DNA of 64,000 bases from Chiloscyllium plagiosum. Taxonomy: Eukaryota. This document shows, piece after piece, positions 1 to 11,171 of this stretch (positions within the stretch are counted from its first letter, which is position 1; each line of letters starts with the position of its first letter). The position numbers and the translations under genes are program-made. The DNA is taken from assembly GCF_004010195.1 (NCBI RefSeq), contig NC_057754.1:7912747-7976746 (forward strand), read 5' to 3'. The notes beneath the pieces were generated by a model. The model saw nothing but the letters and a program-made list of their open reading frames with translations. It was not told where the DNA came from and did not search any database.

Positions 1-135
1 GGGGTGTGACAACAGGCAGAGCAGTGGGAGTGACGTACAGGCAGGGCAGTCGGGGTGTGACAACAGGCAGAGCAGTGGGAGTGACGTACAGGCAGGGCAG
101 TCGGGGTGTGATATACAGGCGGGGCAGTGGGTGGT
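1..135. repeat. G-rich minisatellite, 51-bp unit (two ~25-bp subunits), truncated by window start
   Basis: ggggtgtgacaacaggcagagcagtgggagtgacgtacaggcagggcagtc occurs at 1 and 52, then decays. Confidence 0.85.
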
Positions 136-904
136 GACATTGATGTATGCGGGGGACACGGAGAGTGACACTGATTGAGGCTGTCAGGGTGGTGAGCGAG
201 GAGGGCTAGGGGTTAGTCTGTCAGCTTGTGTCTCATGGTTAGGCTGTGGGAAGTGACGCTGTCAGTTATCTGGGCACGCTGTGGTTCAACAGTAAAGGCT
301 GGTCTCTGTGAAGGGTGACTGGACATGTACACCTTACTGCCAAATCACACAAAAAAACCCCCAAGGTACAGTCTTACGTGTTGTACCTTCTTCAGTTTCT
401 ACAGGTGGGGATCACACTTGCTCAGGATGTACACGTCAAAGACTTCACCTGTCAGTACGGTTTAAATTGAGCCCTCTGCTTACACCTACTCTCACCAAAT
501 GGCCAACTTTCACTCTGTTGGCTCTCTGTGTCATGATCTCACATTAACGGAGTAAGCTGTAATAACTGCCACTGCACTGTGTGTGTGTGTGTGTGTGGGG
601 TGGGGTTTGCACTCTCCTCCTTCTCTGTATTCAGTGCAGTGGCCAGCTTTTGCCACTGGGTGGCAGTTGCCATCAACAATTGTGGAGGTTGGCAACGCAG
701 AGCCGAGAGTGGCTGAAACAGGCAGCCGTGGGGTGGAGGAGAGTGGCAGGCTGCTTTTGGAGCTCATCCGTCAGAGGGAGCTGCTGGGCTGCTGGCTGCC
801 TGGCCCACTGTCACAGAAAGGGGTTGGATATGGCAGAGGGAACGAGACGGTGGGAGGATTGCAGGTGGCAAAGGGCAAGGTGGAAATGCATTACAGAGAA
901 CCAC

Positions 905-1690
905 AACATTCTGACAAAGCACAACGCAAGCTCGAGGAACAGCCCCTTATTTTCCACATCAGCATTTTGCAGCCTCGAGGTCTCAGTATTGAATTCCACA
1001 GCTTGTCAGTTCTCCGTCTTGGGCAGCACAGTTGTTGCCTCACAGCGCCAGGGATCCAGGCTCCATTCCAGCCTCGGGTGACTCTGCGTGTGGAGTTTAC
1101 ATTATTCTCCTCCATGTCTGAGTAGGGTTTCCTCCGGGTGCTCCCGTTTCCTCCCACAGTCCAAAGATGTGCAGGTTAGGGTGGATTGACCGTGCTAAAT
1201 TGTCCCATAGTGCCCAGGGATGTGCAGGTTAGGGGGGATTGGCCGTGCTAAATTACCCCATAGTGTCCAGGGATATGCAAGGCTAAGCTGGGTTAGTCAT
1301 GGTAAATGCAGAATTCCAGGGATGAGGTGGGATGCTCTTTGAAGGTTTGGTGCTGACTTGATGGGCCAAATAGCCATCTGCACTGTAGGGATTCTGTGAT
1401 TTTCCTTACGTTTTCTCCATCCGCGCAGCCTTATTCCCACCCTGTTTACTCTCATGGCTCATTCTGTCTTTTCTATACCCGTTTCATATTACTCTTACTG
1501 CTATTACCAACCCTGTAGTCTTTTACACTGGGCTTTCGCGCTGTCTGTGCCCTTCTCCCTCCTCTAGCTCTGTCAGAAGTATATTTAAAAAAAAAATTGC
1601 CAACCCCTTTCAGTTCTGAAGAAGGGTTGTACTGGCCTCTGTCCAGCGATGCTGCCAGACCCACTGAGTTTCTGCAGCACTTGTAACCCT
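905..1690 (+). mobile_element. Degenerate Penelope-like element 3' end (GIY-YIG C-terminus plus pLTR), interrupted by a SINE
   Basis: QRKLEEQPLIFHISILQPRGLSIEF (within ORF 583-1125) resembles the PLE endonuclease end. After the SINE come a pyrimidine-rich tract and ttctgaagaagggt...gatgctgccagacc..ctgagtttc terminal motifs. Confidence 0.6.
1021..1400 (+). mobile_element. tRNA-derived HE1/V-SINE-like SINE
   Basis: Head gcctcacagcgccaggga, core tggagttt..attctcc..gggtttcctccgggtgctcc, about 2.5 copies of the 53-bp unit, tail cactgtagggattct. Confidence 0.85.
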
Positions 1691-3344
1691 TGCTGTTACG
1701 CTCTATCCCACTCTCGGCCCTTACAGACCCCTTCGCTGATCTAAACATCTGTCAGTGTGACCTTAACAAAACTGTGGAGCTCAGTACCCTCGCCATTGCA
1801 ACTAAACCCCCTGATGAGAACTGAACCGAAAGCTTGGGCATGCCATCCTACTCCTGGGCTGTCGCGATAGAGCCACTTCCTGTCCGTGTATATCATCCGG
1901 TGTTTCTGTGTTTAAAATAGGAGCCAGGGCCTTTGGGGGTGATCGTCAGGAAGCACCTCCTCACGTCGAGGGGTGTGTAAAATTAAGTTTACCCCCCCCC
2001 CCACTCCCACCCAAAAAGCTGTAGACTTTGGGGGTTATAGGGCCAAGACTTGCCAGTGATACTCAGAGTTTTGGAACCAAGGCAGGTGGATGCAGTTCAG
2101 ATGGGAAAGCAGCCGCCATTTGATTGCAGAGCAGAACATGATCGAGGGGCTGAATAGCCTCATCCTGTCCCTGTTGAACTCTCCCAAGAACAGACAAAGA
2201 AAGACATGATAGGCCATTCGGCCCCTCAAGCCGCCTCCACTATTCCACTATAGTCTCAGAGTTGAGTGTGCGGTGTTGAAAAAGCACAGCAGGTCAGGCA
2301 GCATCCGAGGAGCAGGAGAATCGACATTTCGGGCATAGTCCGAACTTCACTGTCTGTTCTCTCCAACCCCTCCCCTCCCCTCCCCTCTCCAACTCTCGCC
2401 ACCATAACCCTTGTCTATGAATATGAGTGTATGAGAATTCTTCAGGTTCATGACCCTCAGAGAGAGAAGTAATTCCTCCTGGTGCCCATCTCAAATGGGC
2501 GACTCTTTCATCTGAAACCGTGTGGCCTCCTAGTCCTTGCTGCGGCCATGCGGGGAGGCATCCTGTCAATGTCCACACCATTGTGTCCCTTCTTTGCCGA
2601 ACCTGATGTGTTTCGATAAAATCTGCCGCTGTCCGTCTCGAATCCGACAAGTACAAGTCCGACCTGCTCAACCCTCGCTCAGAAAGCAGCCCTTCATCTC
2701 CAGAATCAGCCACGCAAAAGCCGATCTGAAGTACGTCTATTGCAGGGCAGTCCTTCCACAAATTCGGGTGACCAAAACTGTAGGTGTGGTCTCACCACGG
2801 CGTGGATTGGGGCCAGTTGAGGCCTGAAGCCATATCAAGCTGAAGAGGCACCATAATCTTATCAAAATCTTCTATTAGTCTTGCAAGACAATTAAGGCGG
2901 TAATATCAAAGCTTTGTATCTGCATAAGTACATAGGCGAAGGCGTGATGAAAAATGAATAATCTAACTGAAACATCTATCTTGCAGTAAGCCTATTTGCA
3001 TTGTGAAATGCACTCAAATGAAAATGCTTTATGATTTCTTAATTAACATATATGAAAACTTTTAATCTCCAGCAACACAAGAGCAATTAGACAGATCAGC
3101 ACTTGTTAAATGGAGGCAGCAAATCAACCAGCATAAAATTGAACATGTTTTCTTTTGTGTCTCTTGGACACTGATGATTGCCTCAAACTATGAGGTTTGT
3201 CACTTCCTGTGCGCACAGTGTAGACACCTTCCCTTGCAGCATATTTGCCTGAAGACCATTTTGGAGGTTTCTCAGCCAAGGAAGTCACGCTAACGTCCAA
3301 ACCAAACTGCAGTGTGGCCTCTCCAAGCGACTGACCTTTACCTC

Positions 3345-3700
3345 AGATCATTACATCCCTACAGTATGGAAGCAGGCCGTTCAGCCCATCGAGTCCACAC
3401 CGACACTCCAAAGTGCATCCCACCCGAGCACCCCCTCCCCACTATCCCTGTAACGGTGCATTTCCCATGGCTAACCAACAATTCTGCACACACCGGTCTC
3501 TACAGAGCAGTTTAGTATGGCCGATCCACCTAACCTGTTACTACTTTGTACTATGGGAGGAAACCAGATCACCCAGAGGAAACTCATGTAGCCACAAAGA
3601 GAACGGGCAAAATTCACACAGTTGCCTGTGGGTGGAATTGAACTCGAGTCCAAGGCATTGTGGAGTAGCAGTGCTAACAACCGAGCCACCGTGTCGCTCT
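3345..3700 (-). mobile_element. HE1/V-SINE-like SINE (degenerate)
   Basis: Reverse complement of the SINE head (gcagtgctaacaaccgagccaccgtg) and tail (ccctacagtatggaagcaggcc). Confidence 0.75.
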
Positions 3701-4302
3701 AAATGATGGCTAGGGACAGGTCCTGGTACCATAAATGCCCCGATCTCTGCCATTTCCCTTGGTACAAGGGCGGAACCGCTTTGATTTTGCGACAAGGGTT
3801 AGCACCGGCATCATTGGGATAATCTTTCATCAGAACGTTCATACAGTTGCTTTCCACGGCGTCTAAACTGAAATATTGTTTGCATCATTTTCCATTTTTG
3901 TGGAATTTCTTCGCAGGATGTGGACGCCATTGGCCAGCGTTGTATTTATCACCCATTCCTAATTACCCAGCAGGCAGTTAAGAATCAGCCACGTTGCTAT
4001 GGATCCAGAGCCCAAGGTTAACCCTTGTTGCTTTGTTAAAACTCTCTCAATGGTCCACCAAGTCCTCATGATTTTCAATTCCTGACCATTAACCCGTCAC
4101 GAGTTGGTGCCATTGATAACATTGAGAAGAGTTAGTGGACGAGACGACAAACACAACTGCTTGTTGGAGAGAACTGCTTCTGTTTGTATATTCCAGTTTT
4201 ACATTGCTTTTCATGACTCTTTGAGTGATATCTAACTTTAGGTGGCATTTATATTTACCTGATGCCTAGGTGATTGGAATGTTCTTTATGCTTTATCGCA
4301 AG

Positions 4303-4981
4303 ATGGCTCAGTGGTTAGCACTGCTGCCTCACGGTGCCAGGGACCTGGGTTTGATCCCACCCTCGGGCAACTGTCTGTGTGCAATTTGCTCATTCTCCCC
4401 GTGTCTGTGTGGGTTTCCTCCGGGTGTTCCGGTTTCCTCCCACAATTCAAAGATGTGCAGGTCAGATGAATTGGCCATACTAAATTGCCCCATAATGCCC
4501 AGGGATGTGCAGGTTAGGGTGGATTGACCATGCCAAATTGTCCCATAGTGCCCAGGGACGTGCAGGTTAGGGTGGATTGCCCGTGCTAAATTGTCCCATA
4601 GTGCCCAGGGATGTGCAGGTTAGGGTGGATTGGCCGTGCTAAATTGCCTATAGTGTCCAGTGATGTGCAGATTAGAGTGGATTGGCCGTGCTAAATTGAC
4701 CCATAGTGCCCAGGGATATGCAGGTTAGGGTGGATTGGCCGTGCTAAATTGTCCCATAGTGTCCAGGGATGTGCAGGTTAAGGTGGATTGACCGTGCTAA
4801 ATTGCCCCATAATGCCCATGGATGTGCAGGTTAGGGTGGATTGACCGTGCTAAATTGTCCCATAGTGCCCAGGGATGTGCAGGTTAGGGTGGATTGCCCG
4901 TGCTAAATTGTCCCATAGTGCCCAGGGATGTGCAGGTTAGGGTGGACTGGCCATGCTAAATTGTCCCATAGTGCCCAGGGA
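4303..4981 (+). repeat. SINE with internal 53-bp tandem array (about 10 copies) running into an assembly gap
   Basis: SINE head at ~4303. Unit cagggatgtgcaggttagggtggattggccgtgctaaattgtcccatagtgcc with period 53 (e.g. catagtg at 4861 and 4914). Confidence 0.92.
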
Positions 4982-5817
4982 NNNNNNNNNNNNNNNNNNN
5001 NNNNNNNNNNNNNNNNNNNNNNNNNNNNNNNNNNNNNNNNNNNNNNNNNNNNNNNNNNNNNNNNNNNNNNNNNNNNNNNNNNNNNNNNNNNNNNNNNNNN
5101 NNNNNNNNNNNNNNNNNNNNNNNNNNNNNNNNNNNNNNNNNNNNNNNNNNNNNNNNNNNNNNNNNNNNNNNNNNNNNNNNNNNNNNNNNNNNNNNNNNNN
5201 NNNNNNNNNNNNNNNNNNNNNNNNNNNNNNNNNNNNNNNNNNNNNNNNNNNNNNNNNNNNNNNNNNNNNNNNNNNNNNNNNNNNNNNNNNNNNNNNNNNN
5301 NNNNNNNNNNNNNNNNNNNNNNNNNNNNNNNNNNNNNNNNNNNNNNNNNNNNNNNNNNNNNNNNNNNNNNNNNNNNNNNNNNNNNNNNNNNNNNNNNNNN
5401 NNNNNNNNNNNNNNNNNNNNNNNNNNNNNNNNNNNNNNNNNNNNNNNNNNNNNNNNNNNNNNNNNNNNNNNNNNNNNNNNNNNNNNNNNNNNNNNNNNNN
5501 NNNNNNNNNNNNNNNNNNNNNNNNNNNNNNNNNNNNNNNNNNNNNNNNNNNNNNNNNNNNNNNNNNNNNNNNNNNNNNNNNNNNNNNNNNNNNNNNNNNN
5601 NNNNNNNNNNNNNNNNNNNNNNNNNNNNNNNNNNNNNNNNNNNNNNNNNNNNNNNNNNNNNNNNNNNNNNNNNNNNNNNNNNNNNNNNNNNNNNNNNNNN
5701 NNNNNNNNNNNNNNNNNNNNNNNNNNNNNNNNNNNNNNNNNNNNNNNNNNNNNNNNNNNNNNNNNNNNNNNNNNNNNNNNNNNNNNNNNNNNNNNNNNNN
5801 NNNNNNNNNNNNNNNNN
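4982..5817. other. Assembly gap (N run)
   Basis: N bases. Confidence 1.
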
Positions 5818-6126
5818 GCTGGAAGTTATATTGGCTTGTCGATATCCTGGAGTTTTGGAATGCAGGGAATGCTGGGAATAAATAGAGACTTTCCGATATC
5901 TGAGCAGGTCTGTTTTATAAACAACTGCACATGCATGTATTAATCATGGGATCACTGAATTTTTGTCATATTGGGAAAAAAAGGGTTTATTTTTGCAAAG
6001 TTGCCCTTTCCTTGTCTCCTTTATTTCCCAACCATTTGGGGATTAAGACTTTTTTGTTCATGTTTTGGGGTCCCTCCTAATGTGAAGTCCTAACCTATAA
6101 CTTGCTCAGCTCATGTCTCAGTCCCC

Positions 6127-6245
6127 ATTCCTGATGGGCTCCGGCCCGAAACGTCGATTCTTCTGCTCCTCGGACGCCGCCTGACCTGCTGTGCTTTTCC
6201 AGCAACACACTCTCGACTCTGATCTCCAGCATCTGCAGTCCTCAA
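6127..6245 (+). mobile_element. Short PLE terminal fragment, family A (degenerate HHR)
   Basis: attcctgatgggctccggcccgaaacgtcg...cctgacctgctgtgcttttccagca...atctccagcatctgcagtcctca. Confidence 0.8.
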
Positions 6246-6356
6246 TGACTCCTTCATGTCTCTGTCTGGCTGCAGTAAATAGAGCACAGGTTGCTACATT
6301 GTGCGGATCCCATTGGGTTTTGTAGAGCCGGAGCAGGCAATGCCTTTCCTCAGTCA

Positions 6357-6709
6357 AAAAATCTCAAAACCAGGTTATAGTCCAACAGGGTTATTTGGAA
6401 GTACTAGTGCTCGGAGTGCTGTTCCTTCATCAGGTAGCTGTGGAGCGGGATCATAAGACACAGAATTTATAGCAAAAGATCTCAGTGTTATGCATCTGAA
6501 ACGATATATTGAACAAACCTAGATTGCTGTCTCTGACACTGAGATCTTCTGCTATAAATTCTGTGTCTTATGATCCTGCTCCACAGTTATGTGATGAAGG
6601 AGCAGCGCTCCGAAAGCTAGTGCTTCCACATAAACCTGTTGGACTATAACCTGGTGTTGTGTGAGTTGTAACTTTGTCCACCCCAGTCCAACACCAGCAC
6701 CTCCACATT
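6357..6709. mobile_element. Fold-back PLE-derived element, family B, with ~130-bp inverted arms each holding an HHR-like motif
   Basis: Arms ~6357-6490 and ~6534-6663 are reverse complements. tgatgaaggagcagcgctccgaaagctagtg at 6592-6622. Imperfect 17-bp TSD atgcctttcctcagtca (6340-6356) / atggcttccctcagtca (6710-6726). Confidence 0.85.
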
Positions 6710-6784
6710 ATGGCTTCCCTCAGTCAGCCATCGAACAGTGAATATTTTTTCACATAATCTTTATGTTATAGAGTAATAGTCAAA

Positions 6785-7704
6785 GAGTCATACAACATGG
6801 AAACACCTTTCAGTTCCACCAGTCCATGCCGACCAGAATCCCAAACCAATCTAGTCCCACCTGCCTGCACTTGGCCCATATCCCTCCAAACATTTCCTAT
6901 TCATGTACTTATCCAAATGTCTTTTAAACATTGTAACTGCACCCACATCCATCGCTTCCTCTGGAAGTTCATTCCACACACAAACCATTCTCTGTTTTAA
7001 AAAAAAAAGTTGTCCCTTATGTATTTTTAAAAATCTTTCTCCTCTCACCTTCAAAATATGCTCCCTAGTCTTAAAATCCCCCACTTTACGGAAAAGACAC
7101 CATATCTATACCCCTCATAATTTTATAAACATCTAGAAGTTCACCCCTCAACCCCTCCAGTGAAAAAGATCCCAGTCTCTAACAGAATCCGTACAGTGTG
7201 GAAACAGGCCCTTCAGTCCAACAAGTCCTCACCGACTCTCTGAAGAGTAACCTACGCAGACCCATTCCCTGACATTTACCCTTGACTAGGGCACCTAACC
7301 TACACGTTCCTGATTTAGCACAGTCAATACACCTAACCTCACATGTTTAGATTGTGGGAGGAAACGGGAGCAAACCCATGCAGATACTGTGAGAATGTGC
7401 AAACTCCACACAGACAGTCGCCCAATGCTGGAATCAAACCCAGGTCCCTTGCGCTGTGAGGCAGCAGTGCTGACCATTGAGCCACCGTGTTCTCCTTCTA
7501 ACTCAAACCCTCCATTCCTGGCAACATCCTGGTAAATCTCTTCTGAACCCCCTCCACCTTAATAATATCAGTCCAGTGTCAGGACGACTAGAACTGCACA
7601 CAGCACTCCAGAAGAGGCCTGACCAACGTCCTGCCCAATCTCAAATTAACATCCCAACTCATATACTCAAAAGGCCTGAGCAATGCAGGCAAGCATGGTA
7701 AATA
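6785..7704 (-). mobile_element. CR1/HER1-like LINE 3' fragment with nested SINE (~7185-7488, minus strand)
   Basis: Minus-strand translation contains VWNELPEEAMDVGAVTMFKRHLDKYM, a typical CR1 ORF2 C-terminus. Confidence 0.85.
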
Positions 7705-8927
7705 GGAGAAAGTGAGGACTGCAGAGCTGGAGATCAGAGCTTAAAAATGTGTTGCTGGAAAAGCGCAGCAGGTCAGGCAGCATCAAAGGAGAAGGAGAAT
7801 CGATGTTTCGGGCATAAGCCCTTCAGGAATGAGGAGGGTGTGCCAAGCAGGCTAAGTTAAAAGGTAGGGAGGAGGGACTTGGGGGAGGGGCGTTGGGAAT
7901 GCGATAGGTGGAAGGAGATTAAGGTGAGGGTGANNNNNNNNNNNNNNNNNNNNNNNNNNNNNNNNNNNNNNNNNNNNNNNNNNNNNNNNNNNNNNNNNNN
8001 NNNNNNNNNNNNNNNNNNNNNNNNNNNNNNNNNNNNNNNNNNNNNNNNNNNNNNNNNNNNNNNNNNNNNNNNNNNNNNNNNNNNNNNNNNNNNNNNNNNN
8101 NNNNNNNNNNNNNNNNNNNNNNNNNNNNNNNNNNNNNNNNNNNNNNNNNNNNNNNNNNNNNNNNNNNNNNNNNNNNNNNNNNNNNNNNNNNNNNNNNNNN
8201 NNNNNNNCAGGGGAAGGTGCTGGGAGTGGAGGTTGGGTTGGTGGGGGGTGTGGACCTGACGAGGGAGTCACGGAGGGAGTGGTCTTTTCGGAACGCTGAT
8301 AGGGGAGGGGAGGGAAATATATCCCTGGTGGTGGGGTCCGTTTGGAGGTGGCGGAAATGACAAAGGATGATACGCTGTATATGGAGGTTGGTAGGGTGGT
8401 AGGTGAGGACCAGTGGGGTTCTGTCCTGGTGGCGATTTGAGGGGCGGGGCTAAAGGGCGGAGGAGCGGGAAGTGGAGGAGATGCGGTGGAGAGCATCGTC
8501 GACCACGTCTGGGGGGAAATTGCGGTCGTTAAAGAAGGAGGCCATCTGGGTTGTATGGTATTGGAACTGGTCCTCCAGGGAGCAGATGCGGCGGAGGTGA
8601 AGGAATTGGGAATATGGGATGGCGTTTTACCTAGATTACACTTCTTCCCACCCTGCCCCCTGTAAAAACTCAGTACCGCCTTCTTGACCTGCAATCTTCT
8701 TCCTGACCTCTCCGCCCCCACCCCCTCTCCGGCCTATCACCCTCACCTTAACCACCTTCCACCTATCGCATTCCCAACGCCCCTCCCCCAAGTCCCCCCT
8801 CCCTACCTTTTATCTTAGCCTGCTTGGCACACCCTCCTCATTCCTGAAGAAGGGCTTATCCCCGAAACGTCGATTCTCCTCCTTTGATGCTGCCTGACCT
8901 GCTGCGCTTTTCCAGCAACACATTTTT
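7705..8927 (-). mobile_element. Penelope-like retroelement, 5'-truncated, with inverted pLTRs and 14-bp TSD (contains gap 7934-8207)
   Basis: Minus strand of 8208-8630 reads NAIPYSQFLHLRRICSLEDQFQYHTTQMASFFNDRNFPPDVVDDALHRISS...RTPLVLTYHPTNLHIQRII... (PLE RT thumb/linker, one stop). 7741-7933 is inverted at the right end (to 8930). TSD aagcatggtaaata at 7691-7704 and 8928-8941. Confidence 0.92.
8841..8874 (+). ncRNA. Minimal type-I hammerhead ribozyme motif (family A)
   Basis: CTGAAGA (8844-8850), A, GGG cttatc CCC, GAAAC, GTC (8869-8871). Confidence 0.7.
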
Positions 8928-9629
8928 AAGCATGGTAAATAACCTTCTTAACCTAGATAATCATCCTTGCCCTCTAATTTTGCCAGGAGGACAGTCCAAG
9001 CGAGGTTAAAGTCCATGTACAGAAAGGAAAATTACGACCAAAGGGTCTGTTTCAGTGCTGTATGACTCTGTAACGTTAAAAGCCAGTACAGTTGGCGGAC
9101 TCTGACATGCTGGCCTGGCTTGACATGCGTACTTCAGAATGGAAGTCCAGTGTCACCACTCCATTCATCTTTTCTTTCCATACCAATTCCCCTTCTCTCC
9201 TGCATTAACTGTATTCAGAGAAGATGGTTCGGTCAGAGAGAAAATAATTCTACTCGGATCATAAGTACCTTGAAGTACGACGACTCGCCTTCTCTCTTGC
9301 GACCGCTTTTATTATTCATAATATGTGATTTGATAATTAAGAGATACTTGCCCTCTCCTTTCATTAATCTTTAATTAAATGTGTTAACTGAGGCTCAGAG
9401 GGTAATGTGCTGTCTTTCAGCTGGAAGTTAGAAAGTCATGACTTCCAAGTCGCACTCCAGAGGCGTGAGCACTCCAGTCCCGAGGGAGTACTTTCCACTT
9501 CAGCTGGCGTCTTTCACAAGAACATAACAGCTGGCGGCAGGAGTAGGTCCCTGTTCAGCCCCTTGAGCCTGCTCCGCCCTTTGATGCGATCATGGCTGAT
9601 CACATGTCAGCCTCAACTCCCACTTCAGT

Positions 9630-9956
9630 GGGCGGCACGGTGGCACAGTGGTTAGCACTGCTGCCTCACAGCGCCAGAGACCCGGGTTCAATACCCGCCT
9701 CAGGCGACTGACTGTGTGGAGTTTGCACGTTCTCCCCGTGTCTGCGTGGGTTTCCTCCGGGTGCTCCGGTTTCCTCCCACAGTCCAAAGATGTACAGGTC
9801 AGGTGAATTGGCAATGCTAAATTGCCCGTAGTGTTAGGTAAGGGGTAAATGTAAATGTAGGGGTAGGGGTATGGGTGGGTTGCGCTTCGGCGGGGCGGTG
9901 TGGACTTGTTGGGCCGAAGGGCCTGTTTCCACATTGTAAGTAATCTAATCTAATCT
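9630..9956 (+). mobile_element. Full-length, low-divergence HE1/V-SINE-like SINE
   Basis: A box (tggcacagtgg), B box (ggttcaatacc), central core, LINE-like 3' end and (taatc)3 tail. Confidence 0.93.
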
Positions 9957-10600
9957 TTTACGACTGCTGTCTGTAACCCTCCTGCCCATTGCTACTTAAA
10001 AAAATCTATCCGCTCCTTAAATTTAGTCAATGTCCCAGCATCCACCACACTCTGGGAGAGTGACTTCCACAGATTGACGAAGAAATTTCTCATAATCACC
10101 TCTCGTTTTAAACGGGCCACCCCTTATCCGAACACGATGACCTCTCGTTCTCGATTGCCCCACGTGAGGAAGCATCTTCTCGATGCCAGCTTTGTCAATC
10201 TCCTTTAGTATCTTATTTACCTCAATTAGATCTCCTCTTCCAAACTCAAGAGTGTAGGCCACAGCTGCTGAAACTCCCTTCGTAAAACAAACCCCTCTAC
10301 TCTAGAATCAATCTTGTGAACCTTGTCTGAACTGCCTCTGTTACAACTGCATCCTTCCCCGAATGAAGGGACAGAACTTGTACGCGGTGCTCCAACTACA
10401 GTCTCACCAATACCTGGTACAATTGCAGCAACACTCCCCCACTTGCATACTCTGTCCTTTAGCAATGAATGCCATCATTTGTATTTTTGATTACCCACTA
10501 TTCATGTATACTAGTTTTCTGAAATTCATGCACAACAGCCACCCAGATCCCTCTACACCAGAGCACTCTGAAATTTCTCTCCGTTTACATAAGTTATCTT
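9957..10600 (-). mobile_element. CR1-like LINE fragment
   Basis: Minus-strand translation contains RGDLIEVNKILKEIDK...SRTRGHRVRIRG. Confidence 0.8.
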
Positions 10601-10980
10601 TCTATTATTCTGACCATTTTGTGACTGTGACCCCCTAGTTTGAGTCTCCCCTTAAGGTATTCAAACCTGTCAAACCTCTCAGAATGTGTTCTGTTTCAGT
10701 AAGTGCATCGCTCATTCCTCAAAGCTCTAACGGCCGTCGGCCCAAGCCGCTCAATGCTTCCTTATAAAACAAACCCCTTCCTCGATGATTGAGCGTTTTC
10801 GGAAGTTCCTGCAATGCAAAGTATATCTCTCCTCAGCAACATTTTACCATTAACAGGGATGGATGAAGAAGCACTTTTCTCTGAGTGTTGAGAGTCTTCC
10901 TCAAAAGGAAGCAGATGCAGAATCTAAAAAATATTTCTAAGACTCAGGCAGATAGATTCTTCATTACCAAGGGATAATCA

Positions 10981-11171
10981 TGATTTGGAGATGCCGGTGT
11001 TGGACTGGGGTGGACAAAGTTAAAAAATCACACAACACCAGGTTATAGTCCAACAGATTTAGCATTCGGAGCGACGCCTGAGAACCACCTGATGAAGGAG
11101 CGTGGCTCTGAAAGCTCGTGTGCTTCCGATTAAACCTGTTGGACTATAACCTGGTGTTGTGTGATTTTTAA
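10981..11171. mobile_element. Fold-back PLE-derived element, family B, with 12-bp TSD
   Basis: Inverted aaaatcacacaacaccaggttatagtccaacag / ctgttggactataacctggtgttgtgtgatttt. TSD aagggataatca at 10969-10980 and 11172-11183. Confidence 0.88.
11086..11120 (+). ncRNA. Minimal type-I hammerhead ribozyme motif (family B)
   Basis: cac-CTGATGA-a-GGAGC gtg GCTCT-GAAA-GCT-C-gtg: stem I cac/gtg, 5-bp stem II, AGCU palindromic stem III. Confidence 0.75.

Noticed and set aside
583..1125. 180-aa ORF as a host gene
   Set aside because: It starts in a (TG)n microsatellite, includes a PLE endonuclease tail and ends in a SINE. It is chimeric, with no recognisable host domain.
4450..4981. Regular repeats resembling a CRISPR array (also 20329-22075 and 56961-57315)
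   Set aside because: There are no unique spacers and no cas genes, and the context is eukaryotic. These are plain tandem repeats.
4928..5885. Long ORFs of 310-317 aa (and 7852-8721, 7879-8259)
   Set aside because: They are artefacts of N gaps. The real PLE peptide at 8208-8630 is in a different frame from the listed ORF.
9630..9705. tRNA-like sequence with A and B boxes
   Set aside because: It is the head of a tRNA-derived SINE, continuous with the SINE core and tail and repeated about 19 times in the window.
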